From Anaerolineae bacterium (GTDB lineage Bacteria > Chloroflexota > Anaerolineae > UBA1429), in contig OY776562.1 in NCBI GenBank assembly GCA_963675785.1, positions 32,001 through 96,000 of the forward strand: 64,000 bases of DNA, in the 5' to 3' direction. The position numbers and the translations under genes are program-made. Positions 30,525 to 40,260 of the stretch are shown here, in pieces. Under the pieces are notes generated by a model, which was not told the origin of the DNA, did not search any database, and saw only the letters and a program-made list of their open reading frames with translations. Every line of letters starts with the position of its first letter. Positions within the stretch are counted from its first letter, which is position 1.

Positions 30525-31394
30525 GTGTCACAACTAAAGCGTAACAGAACCTATGGTTTTCTTGTTATCGCAGCCGCTTATTTGGCTGCTGTTGCAGCGG
30601 GTATCGCGGTGTTTTATGCACTTGCGGCGCCATCACTTCTATGGCGGATTTTTATCGCGGACTTGATCGCCACACTACTCATCTGGATGGTCGGTCTCTT
30701 TTTTCAGAACTCATCTATCTATGATCCTTACTGGAGCGTGGCACCCTCTATTATCATCCCGCTTATCGCAGGGCATTCAGGATCTTTAAGCGTAGGTGTT
30801 TGTTTGATGATAGGGGTCATATTGTTTTGGGGTGTACGTTTGACTCTAAACTGGGCTCACACGTTCGAGAATCTAGACACCCAGGATTGGCGATATACAA
30901 AAATAAAGCAAGGGCATCCCCGGCTTTGGTTCGTAACGAATCTATTCGGCATTCACCTTTTTCCTACACTGGTCGTTTTCCTGGTCATGATTCCGGCGAT
31001 TCAATTCATCGTATATGCTGCAAAGGTGAATGTCGGGGTGATACTGAGCATGCTGCTGTGCATTGGTGCGGTGTTGCTTCAACTTGTATCCGACACGCAG
31101 ATGCGCCATTTTAGGCGGGATAAGCGTAACGTTGGCAAAGTGATGGATCGGGGACTGTGGAAGTACTCGCGCCATCCAAACTATCTGGGCGAAATCTTTA
31201 TGTGGTGGGGGATATATTTTATGGCCTTGTTTTCCGGTGCTTCACCCTGGATTGCCCTTGTTGGGCCGTTGGCCAATACGCTCATGTTCCTGGGCGTCAG
31301 CGTACCGCTCATGGAAGATAGATTACTTGGCAACAAAAAGGGGTATGCCGAGTACAAGACCAAGACGGGGATGCTGCTCCCCAAGCTGTTCTAG
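30525..31394 (+). CDS. DUF1295 / steroid 5-alpha-reductase-like membrane protein
   Basis: NSSIYDPYWS, DWRY, GLWKYSRHPNYLGE; GTG after GAGGAGG. Confidence 0.88.
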   Translation: MSQLKRNRTYGFLVIAAAYLAAVAAGIAVFYALAAPSLLWRIFIADLIATLLIWMVGLFFQNSSIYDPYWSVAPSIIIPLIAGHSGSLSVGVCLMIGVILFWGVRLTLNWAHTFENLDTQDWRYTKIKQGHPRLWFVTNLFGIHLFPTLVVFLVMIPAIQFIVYAAKVNVGVILSMLLCIGAVLLQLVSDTQMRHFRRDKRNVGKVMDRGLWKYSRHPNYLGEIFMWWGIYFMALFSGASPWIALVGPLANTLMFLGVSVPLMEDRLLGNKKGYAEYKTKTGMLLPKLF

Positions 31395-31417
31395 CGCTCT
31401 CTGACATATGCGTAAAC

Positions 31418-31458
31418 AAAGTCCCCTATTCCGCTGAGTGCGGAGCAGGGGACTTTTT
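31418..31458. terminator. Bidirectional terminator
   Basis: AAAGTCCCCT...AGGGGACTTTT between convergent genes. Confidence 0.8.
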
Positions 31459-31470
31459 AGGGGACAATTG

Positions 31471-32310
31471 CTATTGCCGTGTTGCTCTAACTTGAGCCAT
31501 GTTGTGAATATAAAGCCCCAATGGCACCAGACACACCAGCGCCATGACGATAATCACCACAAAATCGATGAGGGCATAGCCCCAGATGGTTGTGAGTGTT
31601 TGGATTAGCATGAGCACAATCAAAGCGAGAAAGAGCAGGTTCACGTTGAACAGCAACGCCGGACCAACTGCATAGCCTACTGTCCTGTGCCTCCACAGAG
31701 CAATCCCACCAATAATCCAGATCAGAGCCAACACAGAGTCGGCAATCAGCGTTGCCACATCGGGGTCTCCTACAAGTGAATGACCGTTATAGATAGTCCC
31801 CACAGTGCTTGCCCCGCGCAAGAGAAACACAATCCCCAGGCCTGCTAGCACACCACCTGTAAATTTCGCGGGCAACGCTCCTTCTATGATGGATTTGACC
31901 TTTTGGCTATCGATGTGCATGAACAGGACGACAACGGTGTAGATGGTTGCAGCTACAATCAAAAGGTGGACGACAAAGGCCCAGCTCTGAGGCATGGCAA
32001 AGAGATAGGTGATGTGGTTATAGAGCACGTAAAGCAGCGCTCCCGGCCAGTAGAGCAAACCGTTCAACTTGTGACGGGATGTAGCCCACATGGTGCCAAG
32101 CAGAAACGGCACACCGATGATGAGATTGACGATATCGTTGGTGGCAAAGGCGCTCTGTAGCGCTACATTTGGGTAAATGGTAGAAGTGTTGAGCAGCCCG
32201 ACGAGCGAAGTACTCGCGGTTGCCAACGTGATCAACAGAGACAGGATAAAGATTGGCTTCAGTTTGCGCAAAAGCGGCAGGGAATTGGATGCTGGACTCT
32301 CTTGGCCCAT
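31471..32310 (-). CDS. Hypothetical polytopic membrane protein
   Basis: About 8 hydrophobic segments; AAGGAG upstream. Confidence 0.7.
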   Translation of the reverse strand: MGQESPASNSLPLLRKLKPIFILSLLITLATASTSLVGLLNTSTIYPNVALQSAFATNDIVNLIIGVPFLLGTMWATSRHKLNGLLYWPGALLYVLYNHITYLFAMPQSWAFVVHLLIVAATIYTVVVLFMHIDSQKVKSIIEGALPAKFTGGVLAGLGIVFLLRGASTVGTIYNGHSLVGDPDVATLIADSVLALIWIIGGIALWRHRTVGYAVGPALLFNVNLLFLALIVLMLIQTLTTIWGYALIDFVVIIVMALVCLVPLGLYIHNMAQVRATRQ

Positions 32311-32363
32311 AGGTTGACTCCTTGGATTGGATTTGCTTGCGCATCTAGCAGCTACTTTAGCAT

Positions 32364-32410
32364 AAAATAGGGTTATCGCACCAGTTTTCTTATGCGATAA
32401 CCCTATTTTT
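32364..32410. terminator. Terminator after the HEAT gene
   Basis: AAAATAGGGTTATCGCA/TGCGATAACCCTATTTT. Confidence 0.8.
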
Positions 32411-32450
32411 CCGGGCGTTTCTTGATCTTTACAGCGATCTGTAATCCATA

Positions 32451-34760
32451 CTATAGGGTACGCATGGCTTCGTCATAATCATCCTTTGCTTTTTGAGCCC
32501 ACTTGATTTCCTGTAAGGCTCGTTCAGCGATTTCGCGTACCTTGGCATCCGAATCCTCAAGGGCGATCTTGTAAATCTCTTGACCCCGCTGCAACTCATT
32601 GCGCTTTATATAGTCGACGATCCGGTAACGCTTTTCAGCACTTGCTCTTTGAGCCTCAGTTCCCATGTTGTACAGGGAACTTCTCAAGGCTATAAGGGCA
32701 TGTCGACAGATACCTACAAGGAGTTCCCGATTTTTGATAGAACCTACTGTTGAATAGATATCGGCATATGGCTTGGCCAACTCTTCTCCCAAAGCTCGGC
32801 TGAGTGGTTTGATGATGCGAGGATCATCAAAGTGTAATAGGGCTTGCTGTGCGGCTAGGCGTGCTTTGCTCACTTCTGCTATTGCAATCAAGGGTTCTAT
32901 GGCGCGTTCATCGCCGATTTGCCCCAATGCACGCGCTGCAGCGGAGCCTACGCTGCTTGCAGGATCTTGCAGAGCATGAATAAGCGGGTCGATGACATTC
33001 TCGCCACCGACGCTTCCCAGCATTTGGGCAGCAGTTGCACGCACATTACTTTCCGGATCATTGATCGCTTTCAGCAATACGGGTAATATTTGCTTCTCGG
33101 CAGTGCTATTCAGAGAGCCAATAGCTGCGGCTCTGACCGAGCTCGTACTGTCTTGCGCCATAGCCAGTAATAGGGATGTATCCTCAGGGCGTTCGGATTT
33201 CTTGAGTGCTTTTATGGCAGCGATGCGTAATCGCTCGCGCTCATCGTGCAGAGCTATGCGGACCAGTTCTCGTGCCCTGTCGCTGTCGATATTCCCCAAA
33301 GCTTTTACGGCCATCTCGCTAATCTGATTTTCCTGGTCGGCTATAGCTTTGGCCAGGGGTTCAATGGCTTTAACGGATCCAGTTTCCCCGAGTGTTTCTA
33401 GAACCTTGCAACGAAAACCAATGTCCCGGTCATCGAGTTTAGAGACGAGAATCTCTATTGCCTCGGGCGTTCTCAGGTAACCTAGGGCGCTCAGAGCTTG
33501 TTTGCAAGCTGGGGACCCCTTGCTGGATAAGGCTTGTCTGAGGTTGTCATAGACGGGTATGCGAGAATCGTCGAGTTTTATGAGCGCCTGAAAGTCATCC
33601 GGATCTCCGTGGATGATCTCTCCCCATTGCGGTTCCCCTAACAAACGGAGGGCACTGGCTGACATAACGCGCACATGATCGTCTAGACTCCCCAATGCGT
33701 GGATGAGCGGCTCGATGGCTTGGGAAGCCTTGATTTTTCCTAGAATTCGGGCAGCCGTTGCTTGCACGCCCGGGTCATCATTCGTCAAAGCTGTGGACAG
33801 GTGTTCGATGACACTCGGTGTGGCACTTGGAACGGGGTTTTCTTCGAGCACTCTGGCAGCATATCGGCGCGTTTGCTCATCCTTGTCGCTAATGATTTGA
33901 GCAAGTATCTCTGGACTATAGTTACAAATCACCCTATAGAGGGCATCGCGCTGCAACATCCCTTCCGCCGTATAATCAGGGATAGTCACTGTCCTTTGGA
34001 TGACTGTTCTGATGGTTGTAACGTCTCCCAGTTCTCCCAGAGCTTGAGACAAAACGACAAGCTCTGTCCTGCTAGGGGAATTCCAGCCTTCCCCTGGATG
34101 ATATCTAGCCAAAAGGGGGGCTATTGCGCGAGGTTCTTTCATCTCAGTCAGAGCTTGGATGGCGGAATAGCGGACAGAACTATCGCTATCTGCCAGAGCA
34201 TGGATGAGCGCATCGGCATTCTGAGAGCGTTCTGGCTCATTCGAGCTATCCAGTGCATTTGTGTCACTGCTTGATGATCCATTCAATACTGCCAAAGCCT
34301 GGGCGGCCGCCCTGCGGATATCAGGGCTTGAGTTTGCCAGGGCTAGAGTTAGCGGCTCACGCACCTCCGCGCCGCCGATTTGGCCCAAGGCTTGGGCCGT
34401 TGCAACGCGAACGCTGATCTCCTGAATATGCCCGTTGAGCACTTGAGAAAGCACTTTGATTGTCTGTGGATCAGGGAAAGCCCCCAAGGCACGTGCTGCT
34501 GCACTACAAACATACTCATCCTCTAAAAAAGCCTTCAGCCTTTTGCACAGTGGTTTGATGGCTCGCGGATCTCCAATTCTGCTCAGAGCTTCAGCCGCGG
34601 CAATACGGACCCTCTTGGATTTGTCCTTGAGAGCTTTGATGAGCGGCTCTACGGCGGCAGCATCTTGTGCTTGCCCTAACTGTTGCGCAGCATCAATGCG
34701 CACTTCTTCGGAGAAGCTCGAAAGATTTTCGATAAGGAGGGAGAGATTGGGCTCGCTCAT
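32451..34760 (-). CDS. HEAT/PBS-lyase repeat protein
   Basis: Many 'A-x-EPLI-x-AL-x-D-x-x-x-x-VR-x-x-AA-x-ALG' repeats. Confidence 0.9.
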   Translation of the reverse strand: MSEPNLSLLIENLSSFSEEVRIDAAQQLGQAQDAAAVEPLIKALKDKSKRVRIAAAEALSRIGDPRAIKPLCKRLKAFLEDEYVCSAAARALGAFPDPQTIKVLSQVLNGHIQEISVRVATAQALGQIGGAEVREPLTLALANSSPDIRRAAAQALAVLNGSSSSDTNALDSSNEPERSQNADALIHALADSDSSVRYSAIQALTEMKEPRAIAPLLARYHPGEGWNSPSRTELVVLSQALGELGDVTTIRTVIQRTVTIPDYTAEGMLQRDALYRVICNYSPEILAQIISDKDEQTRRYAARVLEENPVPSATPSVIEHLSTALTNDDPGVQATAARILGKIKASQAIEPLIHALGSLDDHVRVMSASALRLLGEPQWGEIIHGDPDDFQALIKLDDSRIPVYDNLRQALSSKGSPACKQALSALGYLRTPEAIEILVSKLDDRDIGFRCKVLETLGETGSVKAIEPLAKAIADQENQISEMAVKALGNIDSDRARELVRIALHDERERLRIAAIKALKKSERPEDTSLLLAMAQDSTSSVRAAAIGSLNSTAEKQILPVLLKAINDPESNVRATAAQMLGSVGGENVIDPLIHALQDPASSVGSAAARALGQIGDERAIEPLIAIAEVSKARLAAQQALLHFDDPRIIKPLSRALGEELAKPYADIYSTVGSIKNRELLVGICRHALIALRSSLYNMGTEAQRASAEKRYRIVDYIKRNELQRGQEIYKIALEDSDAKVREIAERALQEIKWAQKAKDDYDEAMRTL

Positions 34761-35019
34761 TCTGGCTCCTTGGTCAATGAGTAAAGAGTGAAGGGCCTAT
34801 GATTGTTTGGTCTGCATCAGGACTTGTTGCAGATCAATGCTTGTATTTTACAACGACAAGTATCGTTTCAATAATGCTCGCATAAAAATCGAATTGATTC
34901 ATCTTTGCCAAAAGAACCTCGAATTGTTGTGGAGGCTGTTTTCTTGACACAAAAAGAGGTGTGGCTCACAAGTTCTCGAACGACACCCCTTGAGTGATGA
35001 CAATCATTCTGCCTGTTTT

Positions 35020-35613
35020 TTACAATCTATCCTTGATCTCGCCCCAGCCCCCCAGTTTCTCTCCTGCAAAAGAAAAATAGGTTTGGCAAGTTGTCTTGAC
35101 AGGACGAATGGCCTGTATCAACTCCTCGATGCTTTTCTCTCTGTCCACTAGTGCTTCATCGGCGAGAACGTTGCGGATTTTGCAGAGAAAGACGTCGCTA
35201 TCATCTAGTGTAATAGTTTGCATCACCTCTAGCTCAAAGCTCCAGGGGCTATCCACGAGTATAGGAACATTGAGAACAGCGCCGGGCATTGTTTCCAGCG
35301 TCACGTCCATCTTGGTGGACTCGTAGCCATTCGTGGTGCCGTAATAGTCAGCATAGGGCAGGAGGGCCCCCGTAACCAGATTGGCCGAGAAAACGCCATC
35401 CCTGCGGATGTTGTCTTTGGTGAGTTTTTCGCCACCGATGCAAGCCATCACGCCGAGCTCGCCATCCCAGTAATAGCTGAACCAGCAGAACAAGCCAAAA
35501 TTGGGTGTGCCGTCCTCTTTGTAGGTGCCATAAAGGAACAAGGTCTGCGGGCAGAAATCGTTCGATGGGGATACGGATTTTTTAATCATGAGGGCTGTCT
35601 CCTTTGCTGTCAT
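35020..35613 (-). CDS. Flavin reductase-like (flavoredoxin-type) protein
   Basis: GTY-x-EDGTPN, T-x-DNI-x-x-x-G-x-FSANL, P-x-L-x-DSP-x-x-FE. Confidence 0.75.
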   Translation of the reverse strand: MTAKETALMIKKSVSPSNDFCPQTLFLYGTYKEDGTPNFGLFCWFSYYWDGELGVMACIGGEKLTKDNIRRDGVFSANLVTGALLPYADYYGTTNGYESTKMDVTLETMPGAVLNVPILVDSPWSFELEVMQTITLDDSDVFLCKIRNVLADEALVDREKSIEELIQAIRPVKTTCQTYFSFAGEKLGGWGEIKDRL

Positions 35614-36052
35614 TTTGTTCTTGTGTTTCCAGATTAGCCAGGATTTTTCTCAAGCTGCCTTCGAATACGACAATCTCATCATCTGAAAAACCTCTGTAAA
35701 AGAGGTCGTTCATTTTGGCTGAAACGAGCTGGTAATCGTCATTCAGCCTTTTGGCTTGCTCCGTAAGGCCGATTCTGATCTGACGTCTATCAGCCTTGTC
35801 GCTAATACGATAGACAAGGCCACTGTTCTCCATGCGATCGAGCATGCTGGTAAGTGTGGATTTTGCCAGGCCGGTTTTCTGCGAGAGTTCGACGATGGGA
35901 ATAGAATCTGATTCCCAGAGGACATACAATATTCGTCCTTGAGCGCTATTAAAGGCTTCTATCTGTGCTTGAGCAAGCAACTTTTCAAATATCCGGCCCT
36001 GTATTTGCTTGATTTGGGATATTAGGAATCCTCCCTCTGTTTTCTCGATCAG
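35582..36052 (-). CDS. MarR-family regulator (probable CTG start)
   Basis: wHTH 'LAKSTLTSMLDRME-x-x-GLV-x-R...DRR'; reading frame extends to CTG 7 nt after AGGAGG. Confidence 0.85.
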   Translation of the reverse strand: MIEKTEGGFLISQIKQIQGRIFEKLLAQAQIEAFNSAQGRILYVLWESDSIPIVELSQKTGLAKSTLTSMLDRMENSGLVYRISDKADRRQIRIGLTEQAKRLNDDYQLVSAKMNDLFYRGFSDDEIVVFEGSLRKILANLETQEQNDSKGDSPHD

Positions 36053-36187
36053 CTCATCACCTCCTAGCTGTACTGTATCTTTATGCTATATAAAATAATT
36101 CTATATAGTACTTTTGTCAATCATTTTCCCTCTGAAACAGGTTCATTGAACAGGGGTTTATTCGAAAGATATAAAGTGTTATATAAC

Positions 36188-36222
36188 AAAGAAAACCCCT
36201 CTTTAAGAGGGGGGCTTTCTTT
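36188..36222 (-). terminator. Terminator following the tRNA-Ser 3' duplicate
   Basis: AAAGAAAACCCCTCTT/AAGAGGGGGGCTTTCTT. Confidence 0.65.
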
Positions 36223-36245
36223 GTATTACAATTTGCATGTTACTT

Positions 36246-36261
36246 TGGCGGAGGAGATGGG
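36246..36261 (-). repeat. att-like duplicate of the tRNA-Ser 3' end
   Basis: TGGCGGAGGAGATGGG vs TGGCGGAGGAGGTGGG at 37102-37117 (15/16). Confidence 0.75.
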
Positions 36262-36323
36262 GCGTGAGGTCAATCAAATCGAAGACAGCACACAGTAAGA
36301 TTATGCCATGATGTTTTGACCGC

Positions 36324-36890
36324 TCATTGGCAAGCCAGTAGTATGCTTCCTTGCTCGGCCAACATTTTTAGGTAGGCTTGAGTCTTTTCGCTTTTGCCAT
36401 CTCTTAATTGTTTCCCATTCGGGCAATAAAACTCGCCCAGGAGCGAGCTATTCATTCTATTGACGAGTTGCTTGATCCAAAGAGAAACAATTTCAAATTC
36501 ATCTGTCGAGTTGTATCCGCAATTGCTGAGCATGATGAATTTTGGAGCGCCCATTTTTACTTCCGCATGTGGATTCCCCGTCGAAGTAAGCCTGTCAATA
36601 AAATTCTTGAACAAGCCCGTAACGTTCCCGAAATACACAGGGGAAGCAAAAACGATTATATCTGTATTTGCGGCGGATTTTACGATCTCATTGAAATCGT
36701 CATCCAAAATGCATCCCTGGCTGCTTGTCCAACAAGAATAACACCCTTGGCAGTATTCCACGTTTTTTTCGGCCAAAGTGATATCGACAATATCAACATC
36801 CGCCCCGGCCCCACTTAAAAAGGCCGTTAGCATAATTGCTGAAACGCTACCTTTTCCTCTAGGACTCCCATTAATTGCCACAATTTTCAC
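36324..36890 (-). CDS. Iron-sulfur flavoprotein / multimeric flavodoxin
   Basis: INGSPR, CQGCYSC...C-x-x-x-DD, ASPVYFG, KNFIDR. Confidence 0.88.
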   Translation of the reverse strand: MKIVAINGSPRGKGSVSAIMLTAFLSGAGADVDIVDITLAEKNVEYCQGCYSCWTSSQGCILDDDFNEIVKSAANTDIIVFASPVYFGNVTGLFKNFIDRLTSTGNPHAEVKMGAPKFIMLSNCGYNSTDEFEIVSLWIKQLVNRMNSSLLGEFYCPNGKQLRDGKSEKTQAYLKMLAEQGSILLACQ

Positions 36891-37101
36891 TGTCGATGTC
36901 CTTTTAAGTAAACTTGGTCAGTATTGGGTAGTTTGGCAGTTTGTTGGCTACAAACAGAGAGGATATGATTTCGCCGTTCGTGCGTGTTGTGTCTGAAAGA
37001 AGAGCCACGTTGCTAGATGAACTCTGGCAGCGTGGCTTGGGAAACTTGGTCTTACATAGCGCATTCTTCGAATGTTTTGTGCTCGAGTAGTAAGACCAAA
37101 C

Positions 37102-37191
37102 TGGCGGAGGAGGTGGGATTCGAACCCACGGTAGCGCAAGCGCTACAACGGTTTTCGAGACCGCCCCATTCGACCACTCTGGCACCCCTCC
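37102..37191 (-). tRNA. tRNA-Ser(CGA), CCA encoded
   Basis: GGAGGGGTGCCAGAGTGG...CTCGAAA..., long variable arm, GGTTCGAATCCCACCTCCTCCGCCA. Confidence 0.96.
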
Positions 37192-37646
37192 GCGGGGTCG
37201 CGCCGCAATGACGCGAAAAAGGCATCCATGATCTCCTTAACTTCGTCTTCCAGAACGCCCGCAGTTATCTGAAGGCGGTGGTTGAGCCAGGGAGATCGCA
37301 CCAAGTCGTAAACGGACCCAGCGGCGCCTGTCTTGGGATCACGCAAAGCGAACACCAATCGGTCGAGCCGAGCATTGACCATGGCACCGGCACACATGCT
37401 GCACGGTTCTAGTGTGCAAAAGAGTGTGGCACCATTCAATCGCCAAGAGCCCAGCGTTTCTCCGGCCTGGCGCAAGGCCAATATCTCGGCATGCGCCGTG
37501 GGGTCGGTTAGCTGTTCCTTGCGGTTACAGCCTCTGCCAATTACCTGATCATCCTTGACGACCACAGCACCCACGGGGATTTCCCCCGCTTGTGCCGCTT
37601 CTTGTGCTTGTTGGATAGCCAGGCGCATCCAGTGTTCATCTTGCAT
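37143..37646 (-). CDS. tadA: tRNA adenosine(34) deaminase
   Basis: GEIPVGAV, DPTAHAE, TLEPCSMCAGA, DPKTGAAGS, LNH. Confidence 0.93.
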   Translation of the reverse strand: MQDEHWMRLAIQQAQEAAQAGEIPVGAVVVKDDQVIGRGCNRKEQLTDPTAHAEILALRQAGETLGSWRLNGATLFCTLEPCSMCAGAMVNARLDRLVFALRDPKTGAAGSVYDLVRSPWLNHRLQITAGVLEDEVKEIMDAFFASLRRDPAEGCQSGRMGRSRKPL

Positions 37647-37761
37647 AAGCGGGAGGATTATAGCACAGATAGAATGCACCGACAAAGCAAGTAGGGGCGC
37701 TTTGACAGCACCCGGCCACCGCACTAGAGTTTGACTATTCAGGTATAAGGAGATGCACGCA

Positions 37762-38991
37762 ATGGTGCAGATTAGATTAGATGCTCTGGCCCACGGCGGT
37801 GATGCGATTGGCCGTCTAGATGGCAAAGCTGTTTTTGTACCCGGCGGCCTTCCGGGAGAGTTGGTCGAGGTCGAGATTATCGAGGAGCATAAGCGATTCT
37901 CCTCCGCGCATCTGCTCAATGTGTTGGAGGCCTCGACCGATCGAGTCGAGCCGCCTTGTCCTTATTACGGCGTCTGTGGTGGTTGCCAACTTCAGCATCT
38001 GAGCTACCCCGCACAGCTTGCGGCTAAGCACAAGTTGGTGGTTGAGCAATTTACGCGCATTGGCAAGATTGACGATGCTCTGGTGCATCCGGTGTTGGGG
38101 ATGGAGAATCCCTGGGCGTATCGCAATCATGTGCAGCTTTCTGTGACCGCTGAGGGTGCGCTGGGCTACCAAAAACGCCAGAGCAACGAGGTGGTTGCCG
38201 TGGAAGCTTGCCCACTGCTCCATCCTTTGCTGGCCGAACTGTGGGATGAGTTGGAAATTGACCCCACGGCTGTGGCGCGGGTGATTTTTCGCGCTGGCGT
38301 GAACACGGGTGAACAGATGCTGGTGTTTGAGGGGGTGGATGAAGATCTGCCCGAGTTCGAGATGGATGTGCCCCTTTCTGTGGTGTGGGTGGCGGCAAAT
38401 GGCGCAGAGCAGGTTCTGGCCGGTGAGAACTATTTCTGCGAAGAGATCGCTGGCTATCGCTTTCAGGTGTCGGCGCAGTCCTTCTTTCAGGTGAACACGG
38501 CTCAGGCCGAGGTATTGGTGGATGTGGTGCGGCGCTATGCCGCTCTTCAGCCGGGTGATGCGCTGCTGGATGCTTATTGTGGCGTGGGTTTGTTTAGCGT
38601 GTGTCTCAATGAAGCTTTGGGGGCGATTAGCGCCATCGAGATAGATGATTCCTCTTTTAACGACGCCCTGGTAAACCTGGGGCAGCTGCCAGAAGAGCTC
38701 GATATTGCTTTGATTCAGGGGGCGGTTGAGGATGTTGTGATTGAAGGAGAGGCACACTGCGATGTGGCCATCGTCGATCCGCCTCGGGCGGGTTGTGAGC
38801 TATCTGTACTGCAGGCACTGGCAATCTCTGGTGCTCGTCGTATTGTTATGGTTTCTTGCGATCCGGCGACGCTGGCCCGTGATGTGGCCCGCTTGGAGGA
38901 ATTGGGCTATCAGTTTATCGAAGCCCAGCCAATAGACATGTTTCCGCAGACGGCGCATGTGGAGACTGTGGCCTTGATGCTGATGAAATAG
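37762..38991 (+). CDS. rlmD: 23S rRNA m5U1939 methyltransferase
   Basis: TRAM domain, CPYYGVCGGCQLQH, SFFQVN, DAYCGVG, DPPRAG, SCDPATLARD, DMFPQTAHVE. Confidence 0.95.
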   Translation: MVQIRLDALAHGGDAIGRLDGKAVFVPGGLPGELVEVEIIEEHKRFSSAHLLNVLEASTDRVEPPCPYYGVCGGCQLQHLSYPAQLAAKHKLVVEQFTRIGKIDDALVHPVLGMENPWAYRNHVQLSVTAEGALGYQKRQSNEVVAVEACPLLHPLLAELWDELEIDPTAVARVIFRAGVNTGEQMLVFEGVDEDLPEFEMDVPLSVVWVAANGAEQVLAGENYFCEEIAGYRFQVSAQSFFQVNTAQAEVLVDVVRRYAALQPGDALLDAYCGVGLFSVCLNEALGAISAIEIDDSSFNDALVNLGQLPEELDIALIQGAVEDVVIEGEAHCDVAIVDPPRAGCELSVLQALAISGARRIVMVSCDPATLARDVARLEELGYQFIEAQPIDMFPQTAHVETVALMLMK

Positions 38992-39114
38992 AGAATCTCT
39001 TAATATTCCGTCTATAAATGGGATATATGATACTAGACTAGGTTGCAGAATAATTTCTGAACCTAGTCCGACAGGTGAGTTGCGTTAGGTGCTATGCAGA
39101 TAAGGGATGGGAGT

Positions 39115-40191
39115 ATGTCGCAGAGTGAGATAGATCTGCTAAGGAACAAGCACACAGAGCTGATTGATATTGTCACAAAGAGAGTTCAGACTGATTTCCC
39201 AGAAGATATCGATCTGATTGGTATTTGCGGTTCTTTTCTTACAGACGATTTCTACGAAAAGTCAGATCTAGACTTGCTGGTGGTGCCGAACAATGAGCGG
39301 GGTTGGGGATTTACCTCTTGTTTTGTTCTGGATGGTATTGGTTATGATCTTTATGGCACATCTTGGAAAAAACTTGAAAAGATGGCCTGCTATGACGACA
39401 TGTTCGTATCACATGTTATTGATGTGGATATCGTTTACTGCAGAGATTCTGAATGTATGGAACGTTTTCAACAGTTACGGAGCCAAGCACTCGGCATCAT
39501 CAACGGTCCGATGACGCCTCAAATTCTGCAAAAAGCCAAGACGCATCTGGAGAGTGCCATATCAGCCTATGGCCGCTTGATGTTGGAGGATAAACTTGGC
39601 GCCGTTCGCCAGTATTCTGGTGATGCCCTTTATCATTTGACTAACGCAGTGTGTTGTATGAACCACAGTTACTTTAGAAGGGGAGTCAAACGTCAGCTGG
39701 AAGAAATGTTGGCGATGGAACAGGTTCCTGACCATTTCAAAGAATACTTTGATGGTGTTATGCATGCCAGAACTGTGGCAGAGATCAAGGAAGCAACAAA
39801 GAGATTGCTTCAAAGCGTCAACTCACTGTACGACACGATTTCTAGTGAGTTGCTCGATATAGCGGTCCCCGCAAAAGATGATTTGCGTGGGACATATGAA
39901 GAGATCTGGTCGAATTGGAAGAACAAGATTCATTACGCGGCAAAGCATGGTGACGTACTGCTCGCTTTTGCGACAGGGGTCAGCTGCCAGGATTTCTATA
40001 ACGAGATGCAAAAGGAGCACGGAACTGCATTCATCGATCTAATGGAGCATTTTCAAGCGGATGCACTCGATACTTTTGCCAATGCTTTTGAAGAGGCGAT
40101 GGAACTCTACCGACAGGAGTATGAAAAGTTGGGGATGAGGGTGCTAGAGTATAGATCCGTCGATGCGTTTCGGAAGGATTATCTTGGCTGA
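39115..40191 (+). CDS. Pol-beta superfamily nucleotidyltransferase (KNTase-like)
   Basis: GSFLTDDFYEKSDLD plus helical C-terminal region; alternative start at 39094. Confidence 0.75.
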   Translation: MSQSEIDLLRNKHTELIDIVTKRVQTDFPEDIDLIGICGSFLTDDFYEKSDLDLLVVPNNERGWGFTSCFVLDGIGYDLYGTSWKKLEKMACYDDMFVSHVIDVDIVYCRDSECMERFQQLRSQALGIINGPMTPQILQKAKTHLESAISAYGRLMLEDKLGAVRQYSGDALYHLTNAVCCMNHSYFRRGVKRQLEEMLAMEQVPDHFKEYFDGVMHARTVAEIKEATKRLLQSVNSLYDTISSELLDIAVPAKDDLRGTYEEIWSNWKNKIHYAAKHGDVLLAFATGVSCQDFYNEMQKEHGTAFIDLMEHFQADALDTFANAFEEAMELYRQEYEKLGMRVLEYRSVDAFRKDYLG

Positions 40192-40260
40192 GGAACACAT
40201 GTGCAGGGCTGGGATAGGTTGACGCAATACTTTTCTACTAGCCACATCAATCAGGGTTTT

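Noticed and set aside
37647-37919. Long N-terminal extension of TadA in the ORF track
   Set aside because: It overlaps the divergent rlmD and its promoter; TadA similarity begins at MQDEHW.
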